64,000 bases of DNA from an uncultured Desulfatiglans sp. (GTDB lineage Bacteria > Desulfobacterota > DSM-4660 > Desulfatiglandales > HGW-15): NCBI GenBank assembly GCA_964460435.1, contig CAYWRH010000003.1, positions 13,547 to 77,546 on the forward strand. The letters are read 5' to 3'. Under the pieces are notes generated by a model, which was not told the origin of the DNA, made no database searches, and worked only from the letters and a program-made list of their open reading frames with translations. This document shows, piece by piece, positions 27,662 through 37,529 of the stretch. Positions within the stretch are counted from its first letter, which is position 1. Every line of letters starts with the position of its first letter. The translations under genes were made by a program, and so were the position numbers.

Positions 27662-28879
27662 ATGATTAGAGAAAGACAAAAGATGCGCCTGTATGTGAGG
27701 CTTATATGCCTTATGATTACAATAGTATTACTGCTGCCATTACCTTTCTGGGTTCACAGCTCAAGGATATTTGTGCAGACAAGCCCCTTTGTCACAATAT
27801 GCACAATAATTTCAGGAGGGGCATTATGGCTGGGTTCAATCCTGGGCATTCTTTTTTCTATAATATCCCTGTTCAGAAAAAGGTTTTTCTGCCGCTATGT
27901 TTGCCCTGTCGGCCTGATACTTGACACTGTTTCAGGTATCAGACCCTCTGTAAAGCCCTGGTGGAAAGGCTCTCCCCCAATAGGGAGATACATAGTGTGG
28001 CTGACCCTTGCAGGTGCAATAATCGGATATCCCCTTTTTTTATGGATGGACCCTCTGGTCTTTTTAAACAGCGCATTTAGTGTCTACAGGGCATCGGATA
28101 TATCTGCTGTTTCAGCTTCAATTTCAGGAATGGTGATACTCCTTTTGCTTGCGATCACTTCCGGGAGCCTCTGGTGCGCCCGTGTGTGCCCTCTGAGCGC
28201 AACGCAGGATATTCTTGATGATGCAGCCTCTCTTTTAAGGAGATTTATAAAAAGAACAGAAACAGATGCAGAGGCAAAAAATAGATACAAGGGGCTTTTA
28301 CCATCCACACGCAGGGCGTTTATCGCAATTGCAGCAGGAGCGGGGCTGAGCATCCTGGCGAAAAAGGCGGCACATGCAGAATCAGGAGATCATCTTCTGC
28401 GTCCTCCCGGCGCAGTCAGGGAGGATGACTTCACAGCCCTTTGCCTGAGATGCGGTAACTGTATCCGCACCTGCCCCTCACGGATCATACATCCTGATAC
28501 AGGTGGCTTTGGTCTTCTCGGGTTTTTCACACCGGTAATCAGGTTTAACAGGGAATACTGCAATGAAAAATGCAACGCCTGCACAAAGGCATGCCCCAGC
28601 GGGGCTTTGCAGAGCCTTGATCTGGAGGAGAAGAACAGATATCTGATAGGGCTTGCAAAGGTGGACAAGTCATTGTGCCTGTGGGGCATGAGTGACTGCA
28701 ATACCTGTATACGCGCCTGCCCCTTTGAAGCAATAAAGATTACATGGAATGAAGAGGCATATGAATCATATCCTGCTGTTGACCCTAATAAGTGCAATGG
28801 CTGCGGCGCATGTGAGGCATTTTGCCCGACAGGAGATGTCAAGGCAATAAGGGTATGGAAACTAAAAAAAATAAACTAA
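27662..28879 (+). CDS. Membrane polyferredoxin, NapH/NosH-like N-half fused to a 4-cluster ferredoxin C-half
   Basis: Two CX3CP motifs (CRYVCP, CARVCP) among TM helices. Internal Tat-signal-like segment STRRAFIAIAAGAGLSILAKKAAHA. Then four Cys clusters: CLRCGNCIRTCP, CNEKCNACTKACP, CLWGMSDCNTCIRACP, CNGCGACEAFCP. Confidence 0.7.
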   Translation: MIRERQKMRLYVRLICLMITIVLLLPLPFWVHSSRIFVQTSPFVTICTIISGGALWLGSILGILFSIISLFRKRFFCRYVCPVGLILDTVSGIRPSVKPWWKGSPPIGRYIVWLTLAGAIIGYPLFLWMDPLVFLNSAFSVYRASDISAVSASISGMVILLLLAITSGSLWCARVCPLSATQDILDDAASLLRRFIKRTETDAEAKNRYKGLLPSTRRAFIAIAAGAGLSILAKKAAHAESGDHLLRPPGAVREDDFTALCLRCGNCIRTCPSRIIHPDTGGFGLLGFFTPVIRFNREYCNEKCNACTKACPSGALQSLDLEEKNRYLIGLAKVDKSLCLWGMSDCNTCIRACPFEAIKITWNEEAYESYPAVDPNKCNGCGACEAFCPTGDVKAIRVWKLKKIN

Positions 28880-28901
28880 TTATTTCAGGAGGTATCCCCA
28901 G

Positions 28902-29861
28902 ATGATAAAACAAATAAAGAGTGTTATGACAATTCTTGCGGCCATGTTGATAGTGTCAGGCTGTACAGGATCAGATAAAGATGACGGCACTATTACTGTC
29001 GGATTCTCACAGATAGGCGCTGAAAGCGCATGGAGGGTTGCCAATACAGAATCCATTCAGAGCGAGGCAGCAAAAAGGCCCAATATCAAACTGATCTTCT
29101 CTGATGCACAGCAGAAGCAGGAAAACCAGATAAAGGCTATTCGGAACTTTATTGCCCAGGGTGTGGATGTTATCGCATTTTCACCTGTTGTTGAAACCGG
29201 ATTTGAGGCTGTGCTCAGGGAGGCCAAAGATGCGGGTATCCCCGTTATCCTGATTGACCGTGCTGTAGATGTGCAGGATGATTCCCTATGGGTGACATTC
29301 ATGGGGTCAGACTTTGTTGAGGAGGGGCGCAGGGCCGCACGCTGGCTTGTTGAAAAGGGCTACACAGATGTAAAGATAGTGGAACTGCAGGGCACAGTGG
29401 GTTCAGCGCCTGCCATAGACAGGAAAAAGGGGTTTGAGGAGGTTATAAAGGAGCATCCCGGAATGGTGGTAATCAAAAGCCAGAGCGGCAATTTTACCAG
29501 GTCCGGCGGCAAAGAGATAATGGAGGCATTTCTTAAAACCGAAGGAAAGAATATCAATGTGCTCTTTTCACATAATGATGATATGGCCATAGGAGCCATA
29601 CAGGCGATAGAAGAATATGGACTGGCTCCGGGCAAGGACATTATTATTGTCTCAATTGACGCTGTGCGCGGCGCCTTTGAGGCCATGATAGAGGGAAAGC
29701 TTAACTGTACGGTTGAATGCAGCCCGCTCCTTGGGCCGCAGCTCTTTGATGCAGTGGAGACAATCGTTAAGGGTAAACCTGTTCCAAAAAAGATAGTAAC
29801 AGAGGAGGGTGTATTCCCGCAGGAGGTTGCGGCTGAGGTGATAGGCAGCAGGAAGTATTAG
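28902..29861 (+). CDS. ytfQ: ABC transporter periplasmic furanose-binding protein (YtfQ-like), lipoprotein
   Basis: Lipobox LIVSGC. Blocks closely match my recollection of E. coli YtfQ: VGFSQIGAESAWR, DAQQKQENQIKAIRNFIAQGVD, VELQGTVGSAPAIDRKKGFEE, SQSGNFTRSGGKEIMEAF, HNDDMAIGAIQAI. Confidence 0.8.
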   Translation: MIKQIKSVMTILAAMLIVSGCTGSDKDDGTITVGFSQIGAESAWRVANTESIQSEAAKRPNIKLIFSDAQQKQENQIKAIRNFIAQGVDVIAFSPVVETGFEAVLREAKDAGIPVILIDRAVDVQDDSLWVTFMGSDFVEEGRRAARWLVEKGYTDVKIVELQGTVGSAPAIDRKKGFEEVIKEHPGMVVIKSQSGNFTRSGGKEIMEAFLKTEGKNINVLFSHNDDMAIGAIQAIEEYGLAPGKDIIIVSIDAVRGAFEAMIEGKLNCTVECSPLLGPQLFDAVETIVKGKPVPKKIVTEEGVFPQEVAAEVIGSRKY

Positions 29862-29863
29862 TA

Positions 29864-31369
29864 ATGTCTGAATTGCTTGAAATAAGGGGCTTGAGCAGGA
29901 GCTTTCCGGGTGTTAATGCCCTTGACGCTGTGGATTTCACCCTGAGGAGTGGTGAGATCCATGCGCTCATGGGCGAGAACGGGGCTGGAAAATCAACCCT
30001 GATTAAGGTGCTTACAGGCGTCCACAAAAAAGAGAGCGGCTCCATTAAACTGTCCGGCAAAGGGTTTGAGGCATCCTCCCCCATGGACGCTGCCCGTAAA
30101 GGGATCAGCACCGTATACCAGGAGATAAATCTGCTTCCCAATCTTTCTATAGCAGAAAATATCTATATAGGCCGCCAGCCCATGAAAGGCGCCAGGATTG
30201 ACTGGAAAGCCATTAACATGAATGCCGGAGATGTTCTTGCCAGACTGGATCTTGAAATAGATGTAACTCTCCCCCTCTCCTCCTGCTCCACCGCTATCCA
30301 GCAGATGGTGGCAATTGCAAGGGCGCTTGATATCAGGGCAAAAATCCTGATACTGGATGAACCAACATCCAGCCTGGACATGGCAGAATGTAAAAACCTG
30401 TTCAGGATAATGAAGAGGCTTAAGGATGAGGGCATGGGCATCATCTTCATTACGCACTTTCTTGACCAGGTGTATGAGACATCCGACCGTATCACCGTCT
30501 TAAGGAACGGGCAGTTTATCGGTGAATACAAGACAGCAGAGCTTCCACGCTTCAAGCTGATATCAAAGATGCTGGGCAAAGAGCTGGAACAGGAGATGGT
30601 GTCGTCAGGCAAAAGACCGGGCGACAAATCTTCACGAAAAGAGCCCTTCATCACCCTGAATAATGTGGAAGAAAAGGGCGTTATATCTCCGATTGATCTT
30701 GAGATTTGCGAAGGTGAGGTGCTCGGCCTTGCCGGTCTGCTCGGTTCAGGCCGCACAGAGGTGGCAAAACTCATGTTCGGCATTAACAGGCCCACTTCAG
30801 GAACCATCATGATAGATAAACAACCTGTTGCCATTCACTCACCCAAGGATGCCATATCTCATTCCATCGCATTTTGTCCTGAAGACAGAAAAACTGAAGG
30901 TATTATCCCGGATCTTACTGTAAGGGAGAATATTATTCTGCCTCTTCAGGCCAGAAGAGGTTTCTTCAGGGGAATATCCCGAAGGGAGCAGGATAGAATA
31001 ACAGACCGTTATATAGAGCTGCTAAAGATAAAGGTATCTAGCAGGGAGCAGAAGGCCGGAACCCTGAGCGGCGGAAACCAGCAGAAGGTGATCCTTGCCC
31101 GCTGGATGGCCATGAACCCGCGTCTACTGATACTTGATGAACCAACGCGCGGCATAGATGTAGGAGCAAAGGCAGAGATTGAAAAATTGATCTTCAGATT
31201 AATGGAGGAGGGTCGCAGCATACTCTTTATATCATCGGAGCTTGAAGAGATCGTTCATACATGCAGCCGTGTTGCAATACTGAAGGAGAGAAAAAAGGTG
31301 GGAGAGATATCTGGTGAAAACATATCTGAAGAGAAAATCATGACAGCGCTTGCGCAGGAAGGTACTTAA
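29864..31369 (+). CDS. ytfR: Sugar ABC transporter ATPase, duplicated ABC domains (YtfR-like)
   Basis: 501 aa. Walker A GENGAGKST. Signatures LSSCSTAIQQ and LSGGNQQKV. Walker B ILILDEPTS and LLILDEPTRGIDV. Confidence 0.85.
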   Translation: MSELLEIRGLSRSFPGVNALDAVDFTLRSGEIHALMGENGAGKSTLIKVLTGVHKKESGSIKLSGKGFEASSPMDAARKGISTVYQEINLLPNLSIAENIYIGRQPMKGARIDWKAINMNAGDVLARLDLEIDVTLPLSSCSTAIQQMVAIARALDIRAKILILDEPTSSLDMAECKNLFRIMKRLKDEGMGIIFITHFLDQVYETSDRITVLRNGQFIGEYKTAELPRFKLISKMLGKELEQEMVSSGKRPGDKSSRKEPFITLNNVEEKGVISPIDLEICEGEVLGLAGLLGSGRTEVAKLMFGINRPTSGTIMIDKQPVAIHSPKDAISHSIAFCPEDRKTEGIIPDLTVRENIILPLQARRGFFRGISRREQDRITDRYIELLKIKVSSREQKAGTLSGGNQQKVILARWMAMNPRLLILDEPTRGIDVGAKAEIEKLIFRLMEEGRSILFISSELEEIVHTCSRVAILKERKKVGEISGENISEEKIMTALAQEGT

Positions 31370-31377
31370 GATAGATT

Positions 31378-32436
31378 ATGGGCACTGTAAAGAAAAAGAT
31401 TTCTCTTATTAATCCAGTTTCCTCTGAACTGGGCATCATCTATCCCCTGCTGGCCTTTATAGCTATACTTTTGTTCAATCTTGTTTTCACAGAGGGGTTT
31501 TTCCACATTGAGATAAAGAACGGCCACCTCTTCGGTTCACTTATAGATATATTCAACAGGGGCGCGCCGGTCATACTTGTCACAATCGGTATGACTCTGG
31601 TTTATGCTACCGGCGGTGTTGACCTCTCTGTCGGGGCAATCATTGCTATATCAGGCGCCCTTGCAGCGCAGCTTATCCGGCCTGATTATGTTAAAGGCAT
31701 CCTTGAATATGGTGATCAGACCTCTTTAATCACAGTGCTTCTTGTGCCCCTTGTCCTTTCTGTCATCCTTGGCCTCTGGAACGGCTTTCTTGTGGCCTAC
31801 ATAGGTGTGCAGCCCATCATCGCGACACTTATACTCATGACTGTGGGCAGGGGTATAGCCCAGCTTATCACACACGGGCAGATCATTGTTTTTGAACACG
31901 CTTCATTCCAGTTCATAGGAAGCGGCTTCTTCCTGGGCCTCCCCTTTCCTGTTATCATGGTGATTCTCCTCTTTGTTCTCACATGGGCGCTTACCAGAAA
32001 AACCACACTTGGTCTTTTCATTGAGGCATCAGGCGCAAATGGTCTTGCAAGCCGTTATATGGGCATACCCGTAAGGATGATAACAACCTTTACCTACGGG
32101 TTTTCCGGCTTCTGCGCTGGCCTCGCAGGATTGATCATTACAGCGGATATAAAGGCTGCGGATGCCAACAATGCAGGGATATTCATGGAACTTGACGCCA
32201 TTGCTGCTGTTATTATCGGGGGGACAATAAACGGCGGACGTTTTTCAATGGCAGGCGCTGTAATCGGCGCCCTTATTATCCAGTCACTGACCACAACCAT
32301 TATTACACGCGGTGTCCCGCCCCAGGTCGTTCTGGTGTTCAAGGCAGTAATAATCATCATTGTTGCGCTGATCCAGTCTAGAAAGCTTCGTGACCAGCTC
32401 TCCCTTATTTTACATTCAGGAGACAGATCATCATGA
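31378..32436 (+). CDS. ytfT: Sugar ABC transporter permease (YtfT-like)
   Basis: Polytopic. Ribose/galactofuranose-type permease blocks: GGVDLSVGAIIAISGA, TLGLFIEASGAN. Order matches ytfQRT-yjfF. Confidence 0.8.
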   Translation: MGTVKKKISLINPVSSELGIIYPLLAFIAILLFNLVFTEGFFHIEIKNGHLFGSLIDIFNRGAPVILVTIGMTLVYATGGVDLSVGAIIAISGALAAQLIRPDYVKGILEYGDQTSLITVLLVPLVLSVILGLWNGFLVAYIGVQPIIATLILMTVGRGIAQLITHGQIIVFEHASFQFIGSGFFLGLPFPVIMVILLFVLTWALTRKTTLGLFIEASGANGLASRYMGIPVRMITTFTYGFSGFCAGLAGLIITADIKAADANNAGIFMELDAIAAVIIGGTINGGRFSMAGAVIGALIIQSLTTTIITRGVPPQVVLVFKAVIIIIVALIQSRKLRDQLSLILHSGDRSS

Positions 32437-33419
32437 GATTCCGGCTGAGTCAGAAAAACATACCGATCCTTTCAACCTTTCTCGTATTCATACTGCTCTA
32501 TGTCGCTGGCGCATTTGCATACAAAGGTTTTTTTTCTCTCAGGGTTTTCATTAACCTTTTTATAGATAATGCATTTGTCGGCATCATTGCGGTTGGGATG
32601 ACCTTTGTTATCATATCAGGAGGTATTGATCTTTCTGTCGGCGCCCTTGTTGCATTTACCGGCGTGTTGAGCGCCAACCTGCTTTCACATACAGAGATGC
32701 CGCCATTTATGGTTATTATTATCTGTCTCTTCTGCGGTGCAGCGCTGGGCTTTTGCATGGGATGCCTGATACACCTTCTTGAAATGCCGCCGTTTCTTGT
32801 AACCCTTGTGGGTATGTTCCTTGCCCGGGGGCTATCATTCGTGATAAGCCTTGACTCTGTGCCCATCCGCAATGAACTGTTTCTTGCTATCTCAAAGGCA
32901 TCTATTCCTCTGGGAAGTGGAATCAAGATGCCTCTCTATGCAGTCAGCTTTATTATAATGGCCATTCTTGGCGCATATATCCTGCACTATACACGTTTCG
33001 GCAGAAATATTTATGCCATTGGGGACAATGAGAAATCGGCTATCCTCATGGGGCTTCCTGTTGGAAAGACCAAAATCCTTATATACACCATTAACAGCAC
33101 CATCTGTGCAGCAGGCGGGCTGGTCTATTCCCTCTATACCCTCGCAGGATATCCGCTTGCAGGGACAGGGCTTGAACTGGATGTAATTACCGCCGTTGTT
33201 ATCGGCGGAACCCTTTTAACAGGCGGAGTGGGCTTTATAGAGGGGACTGTAATAGGTGTCATGATACTGGGGCTCATCCAGACAATCATCACATTTCAGG
33301 GAAACCTGAGCACCTGGTGGACAAAGGTCTTTATCGGTATCCTTCTGTGCATCTTTATCCTTTTGCAGCGATATCTTACAGCAGGAAAGATTAAATCCAT
33401 TAAAAGGGACAATCAGTAA
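32433..33419 (+). CDS. yjfF: Sugar ABC transporter permease (YjfF-like)
   Basis: ATGA overlap with the previous gene. Blocks: GGIDLSVGALVAF, RFGRNIYAIGDNEKSA. Confidence 0.8.
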   Translation: MRFRLSQKNIPILSTFLVFILLYVAGAFAYKGFFSLRVFINLFIDNAFVGIIAVGMTFVIISGGIDLSVGALVAFTGVLSANLLSHTEMPPFMVIIICLFCGAALGFCMGCLIHLLEMPPFLVTLVGMFLARGLSFVISLDSVPIRNELFLAISKASIPLGSGIKMPLYAVSFIIMAILGAYILHYTRFGRNIYAIGDNEKSAILMGLPVGKTKILIYTINSTICAAGGLVYSLYTLAGYPLAGTGLELDVITAVVIGGTLLTGGVGFIEGTVIGVMILGLIQTIITFQGNLSTWWTKVFIGILLCIFILLQRYLTAGKIKSIKRDNQ

Positions 33420-33447
33420 TAAAACAGTAAGAATAATCCACAAAAAA

Positions 33448-33490
33448 CAAAGGCAGTTAAGATAAAACCATTAACTGCCTTTGTATTACA
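33448..33490 (+). terminator. Probable terminator of the long plus-strand unit
   Basis: 13-bp perfect stem CAAAGGCAGTTAA (33448-33460) pairs with TTAACTGCCTTTG (33471-33483). The T-tract after it is weak (TATTACA). Confidence 0.5.
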
Positions 33491-33599
33491 GGATATCTTA
33501 TTCAACTATCAAAATTGAAAAGAGAATAATCATCTTTTCAAATATTGCTTGACTCCATGCCTTATTTAAGCCTTGAATTGTGCAGACCCAGCGCTTCTG

Positions 33600-34991
<1,392 letters not shown>

Positions 34992-35097
34992 TCAAAACCC
35001 AGAAAAATTTGAGGGCTTTTATAAGTAATTCCTATTTCCGCAATCTGTTCTTGCAAAAAAGGCAACTAATGTATACAAGTATACAAAAGACCAAATT

Positions 35098-36396
35098 GTG
35101 TCAATAAAATTAAACCTGGCAAAAAGGAGTTATTCCTTGAAGAACTCAAAAACGGCTGTGCCGGTTACGATATGGAACCGTAATTTTATCTGCATATTGC
35201 TGATATCCTTTTTACTCTCAATTTCACATTTTTCAATAAACCCCCTTATTGCCTCCTATGCCCTTCATCTGGGGGCCAATGCCCATATTATGGGTCTTCT
35301 GACAGGTCTTTTTTTTGGCGTCGCCTTTTCAATGCGACCGGTATCAGGCCCTCTTCTTACCAAATTTGACAAACGAAAACTTATGATAATGGTTTTCTTT
35401 ATCGGTGGAGTGGCAAATATCGGTTATGCACTCTTTAACAGCATATCAGCCTTTATCGCATTCAGGCTTCTTCACGGCCTTCAGTACGCACTTGTAGGAA
35501 CCCTTACGATGACCATGGCAGGGGACAACATCCCCAGAGACAAAATGGGTTCAGGAATGGGTGTTTACGGCCTCAGTTCATCGCTGAGCATGGCAATAGC
35601 GCCGAGTTTGGGAATAGGTATTCTGCACCTTGGCACTCATTTAAAAAATGAAGGCCTCGGCTTTACATTCGTTTTTCTTTTTGCAGCGGCTATCTCCTTT
35701 CTGGCTCTCATTCCGGGTCTTCTCCTTTTGCCTGATAAAAAGACAAAAGAAGATCTATTAAGCACAGGGGCATGGTATAAAAATATAGTCTCCGTTCATG
35801 CGATTCCCATGGCTGTGGTTATGTTTTTTATTTATATGGGGTGGTCATTATACAATGTATACATTGTTGAGTATGCAAAAGAGCTGGGGATATCAGGGAT
35901 AAGCTCATTTTATACTGTGCTGGCAATAGTCCTTGTGGTTGCAAGACCGGCAAGCGGTTATCTGACAGACCGGTTCGGGCTAACCCGTATTCTTTTTCCG
36001 GGCCTTATAATAATGGCCCTTTCATATATAATAATAGGATATGCTAAAACAATCGGCGTAATGCTCATTGGGGCAGCTGTTGCCTCTGCAGGGTTCGGCG
36101 CATTTCAGCCTGCCCTCTATTCCATGTGCATGCTTTCCGAAACACCCTTAAAGAGAGGCGTTGCCAGCAATACCCTATATATAGGCATAGATGTTAGTCT
36201 TTTTCTGGGGCCTATTTTAGGAAGCATGGTGTATGATATGTATAACTACTCTGTCATGTTTAGGTCAGCTTCACTGGTGATATTGATGGCGCTTGTTGTA
36301 TTTTTTCTGATCCTGCCATCATATTACCGCAGGCGAAGAGAGCTGGAAAAGATGGATATGAAACAGGCTCCGCCCATCTTGTCCAAATATGATTAG
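35098..36396 (+). CDS. MFS transporter
   Basis: 12 predicted helices. Loop motif between TM2 and TM3: GPLLTKFDKRKL. An alternative TTG start at 35137 has the better RBS (AAAGGAG, 7 nt). Confidence 0.75.
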   Translation: MSIKLNLAKRSYSLKNSKTAVPVTIWNRNFICILLISFLLSISHFSINPLIASYALHLGANAHIMGLLTGLFFGVAFSMRPVSGPLLTKFDKRKLMIMVFFIGGVANIGYALFNSISAFIAFRLLHGLQYALVGTLTMTMAGDNIPRDKMGSGMGVYGLSSSLSMAIAPSLGIGILHLGTHLKNEGLGFTFVFLFAAAISFLALIPGLLLLPDKKTKEDLLSTGAWYKNIVSVHAIPMAVVMFFIYMGWSLYNVYIVEYAKELGISGISSFYTVLAIVLVVARPASGYLTDRFGLTRILFPGLIIMALSYIIIGYAKTIGVMLIGAAVASAGFGAFQPALYSMCMLSETPLKRGVASNTLYIGIDVSLFLGPILGSMVYDMYNYSVMFRSASLVILMALVVFFLILPSYYRRRRELEKMDMKQAPPILSKYD

Positions 36397-36513
36397 CACG
36401 GGAAAACATGGTTATGGAATGTTTGAATTATGGCGCAAGGCTCAGGGCACAAGGCACAGGGTTGTCCCTGCAGCTATTTGGTATCGTACAAAAATAAGAA
36501 GGAGGATTTATAA

Positions 36514-37470
36514 ATGAAATGTATAGTAATCTACTACTCATGGACAGGAAACACAAAACAGATCGCATCAGCAATACACTCAGGTATTAAGGAGATCTTT
36601 GATGAATGTGATATTATCTCCATGAAGGAGGTGGATATCAATAAATTAAGAGAATACGATCTGATTGGTCTGGGTTCCTTTGTGCAGAGTTTTAGGGAGC
36701 CTGCTCCTGTAACTGAATTTGTAGATGCCATGCCTGATATGACCGGCAAATATGGCTTTACCTTCTGTACGCACGGCACATGCGCAGGTAGCTACATAGA
36801 AAGGATGGTAAAAGGGCTAAGGGGTAAGGGTCTTAAAGTTACCGGGTGGAATGACTGGTATGGCAGCGGTTTTATACCTCTCATGCCAAAACCATATTAT
36901 ACTGATGGACATCCGGACCAGATTGACCTTGATGAGGCTAAAGAGTTCGGAAAGGAGATAGCGCAGCGCAGCCTCAGGATAGCCAGAGGAGAGACCCAGC
37001 TTATGCCTGAACTACCTGAAAGGGAGGAATACGACAGGCTTTATGGCGAACTGATGGACCTTGGCGGTAGGGAGCAGATGGCAGATATGGCAAAATTGAA
37101 ACCGGTGTATAATCCTGAAAAGTGTCTTTATCCGAAATGTTCAAAATGCATGGATAACTGCCCCACCAGAAGCATTGATCTGACCGATTCTCCAAAAATC
37201 AACTACAATACATGCGGCCCCTGCATGGTCTTTTTATGCGAGCAGCTCTGCCCGACAGGCGCAATGGAGGTAAACTGGGATATAGCGGATAATATCATGA
37301 ACACAATGACATCCATCTTTAAAAGGCTTGCCGAGCCAATGGAGAAATACAGGGAGCTCCGCCGTTTCAGAAGCCTTATAACAGCGGAAGAAGGTAGCGG
37401 CACCCCTTTATACAGGAAACAAAGACGCCCAAAGCTTGTTATCCGTGATGGTGTGATGAGAGAGAGCTGA
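36514..37470 (+). CDS. Flavodoxin-like domain fused to a 2x[4Fe-4S] ferredoxin domain
   Basis: Flavodoxin N-terminus MKCIVIYYSWTGNTKQIA. Two Cys groups later: CLYPKCSKCMDNCP and CGPCMVFLCEQLCP. Strong RBS GAAGGAGG. Confidence 0.7.
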   Translation: MKCIVIYYSWTGNTKQIASAIHSGIKEIFDECDIISMKEVDINKLREYDLIGLGSFVQSFREPAPVTEFVDAMPDMTGKYGFTFCTHGTCAGSYIERMVKGLRGKGLKVTGWNDWYGSGFIPLMPKPYYTDGHPDQIDLDEAKEFGKEIAQRSLRIARGETQLMPELPEREEYDRLYGELMDLGGREQMADMAKLKPVYNPEKCLYPKCSKCMDNCPTRSIDLTDSPKINYNTCGPCMVFLCEQLCPTGAMEVNWDIADNIMNTMTSIFKRLAEPMEKYRELRRFRSLITAEEGSGTPLYRKQRRPKLVIRDGVMRES

Positions 37471-37529
37471 TAAGCAGGGGTTACAAGCAGGAGAGAAATG
37501 TATGCTATAATCGTTATGGGAGGTTTAAT

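Noticed and set aside
36431-36470. A GGCACAAGG / GGCACAGGG direct repeat that looked like a sigma-54 -24 element upstream of the flavodoxin-fusion gene.
   Set aside because: The candidate -12 element is TTGT rather than TTGC, and it sits one base too close. This does not meet the GG-N10-GC geometry.
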